A stretch of 64,000 bases of DNA from the NCBI RefSeq assembly GCF_011045215.1, contig NZ_CP049201.1; one strand, given 5' to 3'. Positions 17,095 to 27,344 of this stretch are shown here, one piece after another. This stretch comes from Escherichia coli. GTDB taxonomy: Bacteria > Pseudomonadota > Gammaproteobacteria > Enterobacterales > Enterobacteriaceae. Within the stretch, counting starts at the first letter, position 1; the number at the start of each line of letters is the position of its first letter. The notes below the pieces were generated by a model. The model saw only the letters and a list, made by a program, of their open reading frames with translations. It did no database searches and was not told the DNA's origin. Made by a program: the position numbers and the translations under genes.

Positions 17095-17586
17095 TTACCA
17101 GTCGAAAATGTCAAATCCCGGCAGCACTTCGCCAAAGGCATCCAGATGAACAATGCCAACGGCGTAGCGACGGATAAGCGTCACTACTAACCGACGGCAG
17201 GCTTTCGACAGACCGAGACGTTTGAGGCGTAAGACCGGAAATGACCAGGCACCCAGGTGGAGCAGATAACCCGACCCGGTGTAACTAATCCATTCCGACT
17301 CACCAAAGTCTTCATTCTGGTGTGAAAGAGTAAACAGCAGAGCGTTGTCTTTCTCCGTAATATGCGCGGTACTGCACTGGATGCCATTAACGCGGGCGAC
17401 GGGTGGAAGCGGATCTTCAACGACCAGCTTTCCGGGGGAGTCAGCAACGCGAAGGGAATAACCGTTATCACAGACCACATCGATCAGCGCAGCCAGTTCA
17501 ATGCCGTCAATATCCACAGCGATCCGGCCCGCATTCAGGGCCAGAACGTTGATGGCGTCGGCTTCTACCGTCAGGGATAACTTCAT
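17095..17586 (-). CDS. Hypothetical protein (163 aa) encoded immediately downstream of the CbtA-like toxin
   Basis: ORF whose start overlaps the toxin gene stop by 4 nt (ATGA); no recognised motif. Confidence 0.45.
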   Translation of the reverse strand: MKLSLTVEADAINVLALNAGRIAVDIDGIELAALIDVVCDNGYSLRVADSPGKLVVEDPLPPVARVNGIQCSTAHITEKDNALLFTLSHQNEDFGESEWISYTGSGYLLHLGAWSFPVLRLKRLGLSKACRRLVVTLIRRYAVGIVHLDAFGEVLPGFDIFDW

Positions 17587-17960
17587 CGATGCCCCCCACG
17601 GTATTTACCGGTGGTGATGTCGGTCACCGTTCTGTAATCGTTGCGAGCCATCAACCCGGTGGCTTTGCGGGCGCGGAGAATATCGATACTGGTGAGACGC
17701 GGCAACTGTGTTTCTGTACTGAAACCGTGACGATCGATGCGCACCAGATCGTACTTCTCCACAATAAAATTCACGGCGTCGCACAGTGATATACCGGCGT
17801 CGATATGCTCCTGAATCACACCGTCGTTGCCAAACGGCGTGTCGTTAAGCGTCAGACCGTAGTGACGATCCAACAGGTGGCTCAGAAGCCGTTGCCAGAT
17901 CTCCACCGGTGACGGGCGTGATGTAGCCTCCTGCGTTGAGGATAGTGGTTGGGTTTGCAT
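17583..17960 (-). CDS. CbtA/YkfI/YpjF/YeeV-family toxin (type IV toxin-antitoxin toxin targeting cytoskeletal proteins)
   Basis: 125-aa protein with [30 protein letters not shown]...[12 protein letters not shown]...[12 protein letters not shown], closely resembling K-12 CbtA-family toxins. Confidence 0.85.
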   Translation of the reverse strand: MQTQPLSSTQEATSRPSPVEIWQRLLSHLLDRHYGLTLNDTPFGNDGVIQEHIDAGISLCDAVNFIVEKYDLVRIDRHGFSTETQLPRLTSIDILRARKATGLMARNDYRTVTDITTGKYRGGHR

Positions 17961-18010
17961 AGTGGGATCTCTTTGTTGATGGGTAAAACGAGGGTAAGTA
18001 GTAAGAAGCT

Positions 18011-18370
18011 TTACGCGGTTGCCGCTGGTGTCGGATAAATCGCCAGGTATACGTAACCATGCGAGCCGAGGGAGTCGGCCTCGCAGGTCAGCCCTTTTGC
18101 ATAGAGCGTGACACAGTGCTGATGGCGGGGAGTGAGTTCACCGCTGGTGAGCATCAGTTCAAGCTGTTTGAGCAGCAGTGGAAATGCCTGGTCGAGATGC
18201 CGTAAATCCCCGTCGCTGAACTGTCCGGTGATGCTGGCCCGGTCAGCGAGATAATGCAGACAGTTGCCCGACTGCACCAGCCGTGCGCCAAAACAGGGCG
18301 TGATACTGCGTTTAAGCCCCCACCAGGGTTCAGTGATATCGTGGTTTACTGTCGGTATTTTATTCGACAA
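18011..18370 (-). CDS. CbeA/YafW/YfjZ/YeeU-family antitoxin
   Basis: 119-aa protein with PWWGL...[22 protein letters not shown]...[21 protein letters not shown]...[15 protein letters not shown]...[10 protein letters not shown], a near-match to the K-12 YeeU family; located directly upstream of the toxin gene. Confidence 0.88.
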   Translation of the reverse strand: MSNKIPTVNHDITEPWWGLKRSITPCFGARLVQSGNCLHYLADRASITGQFSDGDLRHLDQAFPLLLKQLELMLTSGELTPRHQHCVTLYAKGLTCEADSLGSHGYVYLAIYPTPAATA

Positions 18371-18393
18371 TTTTAGCCTTCCTTAAACGTGTG

Positions 18394-18615
18394 TTAATTC
18401 AGCGTGACGCTGCGTAATACGACATAGGGGCCGTTGCGGTTCTGACGGCGTTCAGCGAAGACCGCGAGCACACCGCTGATATCCTGAACCTCCTGCCCAG
18501 CGTAGTGGCAGATGCTGCCAGACCATTTGTATTTACCCGTGCAGAAGGGAAACAACCGGGACTGCGGATGTTGGCGGTATATCGCCATAGCCTGACGTTT
18601 ACTGATAATTTTCAT
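18394..18615 (-). CDS. YeeT/YkfH-like small protein (DUF987-type)
   Basis: 73-aa ORF in the conserved position between the RadC-like gene and the antitoxin gene in CP4-type islands. Confidence 0.6.
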   Translation of the reverse strand: MKIISKRQAMAIYRQHPQSRLFPFCTGKYKWSGSICHYAGQEVQDISGVLAVFAERRQNRNGPYVVLRSVTLN

Positions 18616-18635
18616 TGGGTTATTCTCCTGTTGTG

Positions 18636-19115
18636 CTACAGCCAGCCACGATCTGCAAACGAGGTGATCTCCATGCCGCCGACCACCAGGTGGTCCAGCA
18701 AGCGGATATCAACCAGGTCCAGAGCCTGCTGAATACGCGTAGTGACCTGACGGTCTGCCTTGCTGGGTTCAGCCTCCCCGGAGGGATGGCTATGGGCGAC
18801 AATGACAGCGGCGCAGTTATGCTTCAGACCTGCCTTCACCACTTCGCGGGGATGGACCTGCGTATGGTTGATGGTGCCGGTAAATAGCGTTTCGTGGGCT
18901 ATCAGGCGATGCTGGTTATCGAGAAAGAGCGCGGTAAACTCTTCCCGCTCCAGTGACGCGAGCTGCAGGCGCAGCCAGTCGCGGACGGCATGGCTGGAAG
19001 TAAATGACGCGCCGGTTTCACGTAGCTGGCACTCCAGCAGAGATAAGGCTTTCCTGACTGTCTGCTGGTCGGCAGGGGCTAATTCACGGGCAAACAACGG
19101 TAACTGTTGCTCCAT
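18636..19115 (-). CDS. RadC-like JAB/MPN-domain protein (YeeS/YkfG family)
   Basis: Contains [16 protein letters not shown] (JAMM-like HxHPSG motif); start placed at the internal Met (MEQQLPLF...) of the 193-aa ORF. Confidence 0.75.
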   Translation of the reverse strand: MEQQLPLFARELAPADQQTVRKALSLLECQLRETGASFTSSHAVRDWLRLQLASLEREEFTALFLDNQHRLIAHETLFTGTINHTQVHPREVVKAGLKHNCAAVIVAHSHPSGEAEPSKADRQVTTRIQQALDLVDIRLLDHLVVGGMEITSFADRGWL

Positions 19116-19126
19116 AGCGGCTGACC

Positions 19127-19597
19127 TCAGTCGATGATGTGCATGATGGCGTTGCATTCCGCGTGGTTGAGCGCGTAGTCCCGCAGGCGGTAGTAGTGCT
19201 CCGTCATGGCGTCGCATTCGGTACGGCAGGCATGGTGGCTGAAAGCCATCAGACAGACCGCAATCCCTGCAGCTTCGGCACTCATGTCACCGCCGTTGCC
19301 GTTCATCGTGTTAAACAGCGACCAGAGTTCATCGTTCTCCACTTCCGGGGCCATAAACGCGCCGCCGTTGCTCAGCGTGTAAAAATTCCAGATGCCGCCG
19401 CTGTAGTCCGTGCAGAAGCGGTCCATCCACGCGAAGATGGTCGGCTCAAGGATTATCCACTGCGGAATGCTGCCAAAGTGCTGCGGCCAGAAGCTGATGC
19501 GGTTCTCATCGGTTACCGGTATAGCGATAATCTGATGCTGAGCCGCAGCAGGAGCATCTGCTGCGGGTGTGAACAGTGGCAGAGTGTTATCGGTCAT
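19127..19597 (-). CDS. Antirestriction protein (KlcA/ArdB-like; YfjX/YafX family)
   Basis: 156-aa ORF with family-typical residues ([50 protein letters not shown]) in the conserved CP4 gene order. Confidence 0.75.
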   Translation of the reverse strand: MTDNTLPLFTPAADAPAAAQHQIIAIPVTDENRISFWPQHFGSIPQWIILEPTIFAWMDRFCTDYSGGIWNFYTLSNGGAFMAPEVENDELWSLFNTMNGNGGDMSAEAAGIAVCLMAFSHHACRTECDAMTEHYYRLRDYALNHAECNAIMHIID

Positions 19598-19864
19598 GTT
19601 GTTTTTCCTCTTTCATTCATTGTGTTGGGGATACCGGTTCAATCGGAGTGACGGACAGGACTGCGCATAGCCGTCTTCATCACAGTGTGAGGGCCAGTGG
19701 CCGTCAGCGAGACTTAACCGGCAGAAACTGAGTTCACCGGGACGATAAAGAAGGTGTGAGCACAGGCGCACAGGTCGTCATCGGAGATGGGGCGGCTGCC
19801 GGGGTTGTTCTCCAGGGGGCAGGATTAATGGCGGCCGGGTGGGCGTTATCAGGCAGTGGTGGCA

Positions 19865-20683
19865 TCAGCTCAGCGCCTGCTGCAGTTTTTCCGCCATCAC
19901 CCAGAGTGCCCGGTTGAGCTTAACGTCGCCGTCGATGCCTTTCACCGCGCGGGTATGGCTGCGTTTGCCTTTGGCAGTACGTCCTGGCAGCCCCCCTTTG
20001 AGCAGGTTCTCCTGGCACCGATTAAAAACTGACCACAGGTCATCCTGACGGTCTTCATAGCGGCGGGGTGTCAGTATCTGCGCTTCCGTCACCGGCTGTT
20101 GCTCTTCCCCGAAGCGGTACGTCAGCGCGGCTCTGGCAAAAGCCTGTTGTGCCGGTGGCGGGAGTAAAAGCGACTGCATCGCATCACGCTTCTCTTCCAC
20201 CCGGTCGAACACACCGAGGACTTCGTAAGCGCCTTCAATCACTTTCTCCACGACATTTCCCCGGTGTGGCACTCGCACCTCGCCAAATGACTGCCCGCAG
20301 ACGAGACCGTTGGTACAGATGGCACGGAAATACCCCGGCAACATCTGGTAACTGGACGAACCGTCATGCGAATTGAGCAGGATAATTTCCGGCACCTGCT
20401 GACCGGTTATCTGCCCGGAGCGACGCAGGCGCAGCATATGTTTCGTATGCTCACGGCGGCTCTGGTCCCTGACGCGGGTCTGGCAGGCAAAGAACGGCTG
20501 GAATCCTTCACGCTGCAGGTTCTCCAGCAGGGTAATGGTCGGTATGTAGCTGTAATGGTCTGAACGGGACACGTGCTTACCTTCCCCGAAGACGCTGGGA
20601 ACAACCTGCATTAATTCTTCATGGGTTAAGGGACGGTCGCGGCGGATCTGATTGATACGGCCAAAGCGGCTGGCGAGTCGCAT
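19865..20683 (-). CDS. DUF932-family protein (YfjQ/YafZ-like)
   Basis: 272-aa ORF with the length and sequence character of CP4-island DUF932 proteins; conserved position upstream of the antirestriction gene. Confidence 0.65.
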   Translation of the reverse strand: MRLASRFGRINQIRRDRPLTHEELMQVVPSVFGEGKHVSRSDHYSYIPTITLLENLQREGFQPFFACQTRVRDQSRREHTKHMLRLRRSGQITGQQVPEIILLNSHDGSSSYQMLPGYFRAICTNGLVCGQSFGEVRVPHRGNVVEKVIEGAYEVLGVFDRVEEKRDAMQSLLLPPPAQQAFARAALTYRFGEEQQPVTEAQILTPRRYEDRQDDLWSVFNRCQENLLKGGLPGRTAKGKRSHTRAVKGIDGDVKLNRALWVMAEKLQQALS

Positions 20684-20802
20684 GGATAACTCCTTATTCT
20701 CTCGATAAAAATACGAAAGGCCACACTTCCCGAAGGAGGTGTGGCCTAGCTCTGTTTATAACATCGTTGCGGGTGGTATGCTGAAGGTAACGGTAGTATG
20801 TA

Positions 20803-21171
20803 TTACGTTGTGGCTCTGCGAATGCCATCGCTGGTGAGATAGCGGTTCAGCCAGTAACCCGCCTCCGGCTCAAAGTTCCTGGCCCGCCAGTGCATCCTGC
20901 CGTCGGTATCTCGGACCACCAGGCGAAAATGTGTGTTCTGGTCATCCTCTGTAGCAACGTTGGTGTATTGTGACGCCACAGCCGCTGACTGCTGGCGGGT
21001 AAACGGACCATCAGGCAGTACAGTAAGTTCTGGCATACAGATTGTTTCCTTAATAACAAAAAGCCCCTGTTGCATAAGCGACAGGGGCTGGAACAGCCGG
21101 ATAATGATGGCATCAGGATGCCTTACCCCCGGCAACCGACACCGGTAGTGGACGATAATACTGCGGGTCAA
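20803..21171 (-). CDS. Hypothetical protein (122 aa)
   Basis: ORF in the CP4-like block; no recognised motif. Confidence 0.4.
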   Translation of the reverse strand: MTRSIIVHYRCRLPGVRHPDAIIIRLFQPLSLMQQGLFVIKETICMPELTVLPDGPFTRQQSAAVASQYTNVATEDDQNTHFRLVVRDTDGRMHWRARNFEPEAGYWLNRYLTSDGIRRATT

Positions 21172-21565
21172 ACACGGACAGCGGCAGGTCAGTCTGATAA
21201 CCCTCAGAGGCTTCCGTCGCCTTCATGATTTCGACGGAACTGACGTTTTCCACACATTCATGTTCCAGTGAGGCATCCTGAGTTCGGGAGGCATCGCTGT
21301 CGCCAAACGGCTCAACGCCCATCTCCCCCACAGCCAGTGTATTACCCTGTTTGTCTTTCAGGCGCAGGGAAAGGGTCAGTGGCCCGAAGCCTTCCCCGCT
21401 GCCGCCGTTGTCAAGGCGGAACCGGTAAACACAGATATTACCAGGCACCCACACAGTGTCCGTATTGCGGATACTGATATAACGTTGCTCTTCTGCATGA
21501 GCGGGTGTCAGCAGACACAGACTCAGGGTCGCAGCGGAAATAACACTTTTCAGCATGTTGTTCAT
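21113..21565 (-). CDS. Putative lipoprotein/secreted protein (150 aa)
   Basis: N-terminal signal peptide ([24 protein letters not shown]); resembles CP4-island small lipoproteins (YfjS/YafY-like). Confidence 0.5.
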   Translation of the reverse strand: MNNMLKSVISAATLSLCLLTPAHAEEQRYISIRNTDTVWVPGNICVYRFRLDNGGSGEGFGPLTLSLRLKDKQGNTLAVGEMGVEPFGDSDASRTQDASLEHECVENVSSVEIMKATEASEGYQTDLPLSVFDPQYYRPLPVSVAGGKAS

Positions 21566-21624
21566 TGATATTGTTCCTTGATTTAACTTGCCTGCTCATC
21601 CGGGCCGGACAGCGCTGATGCCGG

Positions 21625-22134
21625 TTATCCTGCGCCCAGGACTGTCACTGTCAGCGTGACCAGCCAGACCCAGAAGTAAGCCGGTTTCTGTCCGAGGGCT
21701 TTTGCCCGACGCCACAGATAAAACGGAACCAGCCAGGCCAGCCAGCCAAAGGCGGCGGTATCAACGCCGGATTTACGGAGCCGTCGTTCATCCAGATACC
21801 CCAGCGCAATATTCAGTATCAGTGTGATAAACCAGTATTGCCCCTCCGTCACGGCGGCATACGCCTCTTCAAATTCCATTCCGCTCAGCCCGGCCGTCCA
21901 CATCTCCAAGGCATACCCAATCAGGGGCGCAAAGGCCAGCGTCCAGACCACGCTTCCGGGGATACGATTGCCGGGCAGCGCGGGGGGAACCGCACATTGT
22001 TTCAGGACATCTGCCAGCAGCGTGGCTGACAGCGGCTGCCATTCCGTTAGCGGACGTTGAAGGAGCATACCGGAGTACAACAAACAATGGTTAGTGAAGC
22101 CATTGCTATTCAGAATTACTTTATACTCATGCAT
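21625..22134 (-). CDS. Integral membrane protein (169 aa)
   Basis: Several hydrophobic helices (WTLAFAPLIGYALEMW, WFITLILNIALGYL, FGWLAWLVPFYLW, FWVWLVTLTVTVLGAG). Confidence 0.5.
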   Translation of the reverse strand: MHEYKVILNSNGFTNHCLLYSGMLLQRPLTEWQPLSATLLADVLKQCAVPPALPGNRIPGSVVWTLAFAPLIGYALEMWTAGLSGMEFEEAYAAVTEGQYWFITLILNIALGYLDERRLRKSGVDTAAFGWLAWLVPFYLWRRAKALGQKPAYFWVWLVTLTVTVLGAG

Positions 22135-22700
22135 TTTTCCCTGAACATTTGGCCCATCAGCGAACCGGCACTCCGGAGTTCGTTGATCTCATTATTGAAA
22201 TCAAAGCCGCCTTCCGATGGGTGGGCCCGGCGTTCGACAGGAACCTTACTGGTACGCATCCCCGTAACCACAATATGCTGCAGCGTTACTTTTTCCAGTA
22301 CCTGTGCTTCATCAGGCAGAAGATAAGGGAGTAAACCAAACACTTTATGTTCCAGCTCTATTTGTTCTTCTTCTATTTTTTCATCAGAAACCCGCTTTGC
22401 AGGCATTTCCCCTCCATAATTTAGATCAGCTAGAGTCACTGTGTTGGGGTACCCCCTGTCAGCACGGAAAACAATCTCAGTTGCAAGAGAAGCACTTTGC
22501 TCAAGCTTCGTACAGTGCAACTCAGTCGCACGCCGTCTGGCATCTGCAAGTCGATTGTCCTCAGTTTCCTGCTTTTTTACGTCAAGCATGAAGAATGCAG
22601 ACAAAACGTTACCTAGCCCAGTAGCTATAGTTATCAATAAGGTAAATATTACTCCCTGAAGAAGCTTTTTCTTCGAAAATTCCTCAGTCATATTATGCAT
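22116..22700 (-). CDS. Membrane-anchored protein (194 aa) with one N-terminal transmembrane helix
   Basis: TM segment LLQGVIFTLLITIATGLGNVLSAFFML followed by a charged soluble domain; its 3' end overlaps the downstream membrane-protein gene by 19 nt. Confidence 0.45.
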   Translation of the reverse strand: MHNMTEEFSKKKLLQGVIFTLLITIATGLGNVLSAFFMLDVKKQETEDNRLADARRRATELHCTKLEQSASLATEIVFRADRGYPNTVTLADLNYGGEMPAKRVSDEKIEEEQIELEHKVFGLLPYLLPDEAQVLEKVTLQHIVVTGMRTSKVPVERRAHPSEGGFDFNNEINELRSAGSLMGQMFREKCMSIK

Positions 22701-23017
22701 TCCTTTATCTGATTTGATTTATCAACTAAACCGCACGCTTCTCGCTCACAGCGGACCTTTAGCTCGTTCGCTTCGTGCCAGAAACCTTGGCAAAGCCATG
22801 GCTGATGTTATTCAGCTCCAGAAATTGGCTGCGTATAACAGCCCGCTTGCCGTTTGGCTTTTCAGGGCGATTTCAGTAATTGTAACTGCTGCGATGTTCC
22901 CCGAACACGTGGCAGAGTGTGACCACAGGATACTGCGCTTTGAGTTTCCCGATTAATGAGAATTGTTCGGGGAGTCTGGCATCAGGATCGTGGCAGCCTT
23001 CCTGAGAAACTCCCGGT

Positions 23018-24376
23018 TCAAACACATAATTTAGGATCCTGCTGGAGAGAGTAACCCAGTGATTTTGCTCTTCGCTTAAGCCCATCGAGTACGCGACTAC
23101 GGTAGCGTTCTTCATAATAATCTGCGCCAGGATCGGCATATTTTTGACCATACTTCAGGGCATTGTAGAACAGTATTGCCAGTTTTCTTGCTGTTGCAGT
23201 GACTGCTTATGCTTTCCCGATACGTGATGATAATCGACGATAAAAAGCACCCAACGCGGTATCGCTCCGGCCAATTGTTGTAGCTGCCAGCCTGAGTGCC
23301 GCAGCAATTCGACTGGATGAACGCCGTGTTTTCGAGGACAGCACTTTTCCACCGGAGATCTTATTTCCCGGGGACAAACATAGCCACGAGGTAAAATGGC
23401 TCGCATCCGGCCAGCGGTTCATGTCAGTACCGCATTCTGCAATGAATTTTAGTGCCATATAAGGTCCGAACCCATGTATCTGTGTCAGATCTGCCCCCGT
23501 AATTTTCCAGAGTAATGGTCTGACATCAAAGGAAAGCTGATTGGGTTGCTTTGTACGATGTCTGGCGGAGGGCAATACCCCTTCCGGCTCTTCAATTCCG
23601 GTACTGAGCTGCAATAATGAGGTTTCGATTTGAGCATCACATTCGCGGATCTTTTCCTGGTAAAAATCGAAAAATGCAACCGACTGTTCAAGTGCAAAAA
23701 GATGCTCAGGCTGCCAGTTTCCTGTCAGTGCCTGCCGAAGTACTTCTGGCGTCTTTTTACATCTCACATCACGATACTGGATCAACATTGAAGGATCGCG
23801 CTCACCACTGACGATAGCTCTGACGATTGAAAGACCGGTAACGCCAGTGATATCCGATACTGCATGATGTAGTTGCACATTCATCTGCATCAGCGCCTTC
23901 TGCATATGTTGAATATGCGCAGCCCGGTATTCAGTCAGGCGTTCCCGTTGCCTCAGATAAGACCTGAGTACAGAAATATCGTGTTCAGGTCTGAAACTGG
24001 CACGGAGAAGACCAAATGAATGCAACTTCTGCAACCACTGGGCATCGTTGACATCGGTCTTGTGACCGGGAATATTTTTTGCGTCTCTTGCATTAACTAG
24101 GATCACCTTGAAACCAGCTGCTTCAAGGATTTCAAAAGCAGGCAACCAGTAAACGCCGGTAGACTCCATGGCAATGGTCGTAATGTGACAGGTTTTGAGC
24201 CAGTCAGACATCCGCTGAAGATCGCCAGTAAAACTTTGAAAAGTCCTGACAGGCCCGGTGTCAGCATCAGGCGGTACGGCGACAACGTGGAACTCAGCGC
24301 CAATATCAACGCCCGCAGCATGAGGATGGACAATAGACATTCGGGAGGATTTTTTCATGGAAATTTCCTTGCTCAT
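23018..24376 (-). mobile_element. IS110-family transposase gene (about 452 codons) interrupted by an in-frame TAA at 23207..23209; the uninterrupted ORF is 23207..24376
   Basis: Translation shows IS110-type features: VDIGAEFHVVAV near the N-terminus and ...HFTSWLCLSPGNKISGGKVLSSKTRRSSSRIAAALRLAATTIGRSDTALGAFYRRLSSRIGKA, then a stop, then in the same frame AVTATARKLAILFYNALKYGQKY... continuing to 23018. Element boundaries not determined. Confidence 0.7.
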
Positions 24377-25242
24377 TTTCGATGAACGAAGGAGGGGACG
24401 ACGGAGAAATTACCTTCCTGAACGGGATCAAAGTCACCACTGTCGGATCCGCCACAGTCCCTGAACCATGTTTTTTTACGGGGTCATACCACCAAAAGGC
24501 CGACGGCTGCTTCCTTCGCTAAATTATCCTGCCAACTTTTCCGGGGAGTTTCTGAGATTCAGGACGGGGTTTCATCCATGGACAGTTTTTTAATATTTCT
24601 ATTTCAATATGTTGTGGTTTTTTCTTAAGCTCGCGTATTTCGAACTGTTCCGGGTTATGGGGGAGACTTTTGGCATTTTTCCTGTCGTTCATTTCGCAAC
24701 TGCTTTACCCATCGCGTCATGGTAGAAAGACCAACATCCATAGCACTGACCGCAGCCGCAACGGTGTATAGTTCTGGTCAATGACCAGTTGAGCGGATTC
24801 GCGTTTAAACTCTAAGCTGAAATTTCTTCTTTTCATTGAGACATCTGTATCGTTCTGAGGTGAGCATATCACTTCTATGCAGTTGGCCAAATTCAGTGTA
24901 CCACCGCAGATTAATTGATTGTTTTTAAAGTTTTTTAAGGGAAATGCATCCTTTATTCAGTAATGAATTGCTGATTCAGAACAAAGTGAGCATTTTATAA
25001 GTAAGTGATAACTTGACATCATAGTCAGTTAACAAATCGATTTAACCTAAGGCAAACCTGTCAGTAGTTATTGTTCTGTTTCGATTTTTATTAAATTTAC
25101 GATCAGGAAATAACCAAGAGGCTAAAAGTAATAATATCAATACTATCCAACCGATACTTTTTCCTGATTGTATGTCCATTTAGAATACAACTTCGCAATA
25201 TAATGCTAATAGCTTTTCTGCCATGGATGATTGGCCAGATAG

Positions 25243-26790
25243 CTAACATTTAGAATTGTTTAGCATTTCGTTTTTTACAGCAGTTTCAGCAAGCCAGACC
25301 ATAAAATCAATCGCACTCATCGGTTTTGCATAAAGATACCCCTGAATAAATCCAACATCCTTACCAAGAATATATCGAAGCTGCTGTTGGGTACTGACAC
25401 CTTCGGCGATAACATCCAAACCAAGTTTCTGGCATAGTGAGATAATCGTATCCAGAATAGGTACATTGATACCGCTGGTGTCAATCGTATCAACAAAGGT
25501 ACGGTCAATCTTTAAATAATTAGCTGGCAACTGTTGTAGATAAGCAAGTGAACAATAACCAGTACCGAAATCGTCTATTGCTATTAATACACCTTTTTCG
25601 CGCAAAATGGTGAGTTTCTCAGCCACTAGCTCTGGCTGGGTAATCAAGATGCGTTCCGTAACTTCCAACATAAGCTGAATAGTACCGATAGCTGCCATCA
25701 GTGCTTCTACATCCGAAATAAAGTCGTCATGAATCAAATGCTGAGGTGAAATATTAACGCTGATGTAAAAACTTTTGGGCAGTTGCCACTGCTTTACATC
25801 TTGGGCAATAAGTTGAAACAGATGACGTGAGAGCGGAACGATCATACCCTCACTTTCTGCCGCAGTGATGAAAATATCAGGTGTAATAAAGTTTCCTTCA
25901 GGTTGAGGCCAGCGCATTAAAGCCTCAACGCCACCACAACATTTGTGATTGACATTCAATACTGGTTGGTAATGAACAATAAATTGATCGTTTTTCATTC
26001 CTTTTGTTATTTCTCGCGCTAAAGAAAATCTTATCCGGTACCATCGCCGATAAAGCATGATTGTCAGAAAAGATAAACAGATGGATAACGGGATAAAAAA
26101 AAGTAAATTCTGCATCCATCGTGATGTTAACGTTGTGATCGGCGTTGCAACGGCTAGAGAGATTTGCTGATTCGGCAAAGAGTAGTGCTGAGTCATAAAT
26201 ATTCTGGCACCTTCTTTAGGTTGGCTTACAAGTAAATCACCAGTACCAAATCGCAGAGTGAATTTTGCTGATCTTTCTGTAGCCAAGACGTCCATCAGTT
26301 CTTGGATGTACCTTGAGTCAACAATGACAAATGCAGTTTTATTGCCTGTTATCTTTTCTGCGTAGATCACGACTGGTCTTTCGGGACCGCCTGACATACG
26401 AATAAAAGAAGAGACCCATTTCTCAGATAATGGTGTGGGGATTGTTTTGCCTTCAGGCAAAGGAAAAAGCAGTTTCTTCGCACCCGTGACAAAAGAGCAA
26501 GTAATATAACCATTTTCCAACAGTCCAATATCACGAATATAGGGAGTGAAGGCTCGAGTGTGGTTGAGTTCCGCCAGCATACTAGGGCAAGTGACACTGT
26601 CAAGTTGCTTTGCTTTTGAAGTTACGCGCCATGAAGCAACAGACAAATCTTCGCCATAACGAAGCAGGGTATTGGCACTAAAATTAATATCCTGTTTTAG
26701 TTGCATAACACTGGCAAGCAGCGCCAAGAGAGTCATAGCAACCAACGGAATGAATATGGAACCAAGTACAAAAGACCGCTTTACTTTCAT
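25243..26790 (-). CDS. Membrane-anchored cyclic-di-GMP phosphodiesterase (periplasmic sensor domain plus EAL domain)
   Basis: 515-aa ORF with an N-terminal TM helix, a periplasmic domain with cysteines (CSS-motif-like), a second TM helix, and an EAL domain (QPVLNVN...GVEALMRWPQPEG ... IDDFGTGYCSLAYL). Confidence 0.8.
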   Translation of the reverse strand: MKVKRSFVLGSIFIPLVAMTLLALLASVMQLKQDINFSANTLLRYGEDLSVASWRVTSKAKQLDSVTCPSMLAELNHTRAFTPYIRDIGLLENGYITCSFVTGAKKLLFPLPEGKTIPTPLSEKWVSSFIRMSGGPERPVVIYAEKITGNKTAFVIVDSRYIQELMDVLATERSAKFTLRFGTGDLLVSQPKEGARIFMTQHYSLPNQQISLAVATPITTLTSRWMQNLLFFIPLSICLSFLTIMLYRRWYRIRFSLAREITKGMKNDQFIVHYQPVLNVNHKCCGGVEALMRWPQPEGNFITPDIFITAAESEGMIVPLSRHLFQLIAQDVKQWQLPKSFYISVNISPQHLIHDDFISDVEALMAAIGTIQLMLEVTERILITQPELVAEKLTILREKGVLIAIDDFGTGYCSLAYLQQLPANYLKIDRTFVDTIDTSGINVPILDTIISLCQKLGLDVIAEGVSTQQQLRYILGKDVGFIQGYLYAKPMSAIDFMVWLAETAVKNEMLNNSKC

Positions 26791-27344
26791 TATATTAGGC
26801 TCATTATCAATGCAGCTAATCGCTTAATATATATTGGTATCATCATAACAACATTTTTCTTCCATCGGACAGGTAGAATTATATAACCGTCCCTTAAGAG
26901 AAAACAGGTTAGCATACAGCCTCCGGCTTCCCTACCTTAAAAGAGTTACAGTCGAAACTGAAATCTTCGGTTTTTCTTACATCCACAGAGAGGCGCATCA
27001 CCGTAAAAAGAACAATTATATAGAAGTACAGATCGCTATGCATGCAGACAAGCATCCCTGAGCTAATTATTACAGTCGGAAGAAGCATTATACCTGTCTG
27101 GGTATAACAGAATTGTGGGGTCAGCCCAACTATAGGGTAGGATCGTCTACCGTGGTGGGGTCAGTCTAATTGACGACTCGATGCAAGGCTCATTGAGTCG
27201 CATGAAAAACAAGGCGGGGCACAAAAAGTCGCATTTTTAAAGATAATAAAGGGAAATATGTATATTTATCAATGGATATATGGGTTTGTTTCTCCGCATT
27301 TAATACGCGGCGACGTCACTAATCAAACGCCCCTTGCATGACAG

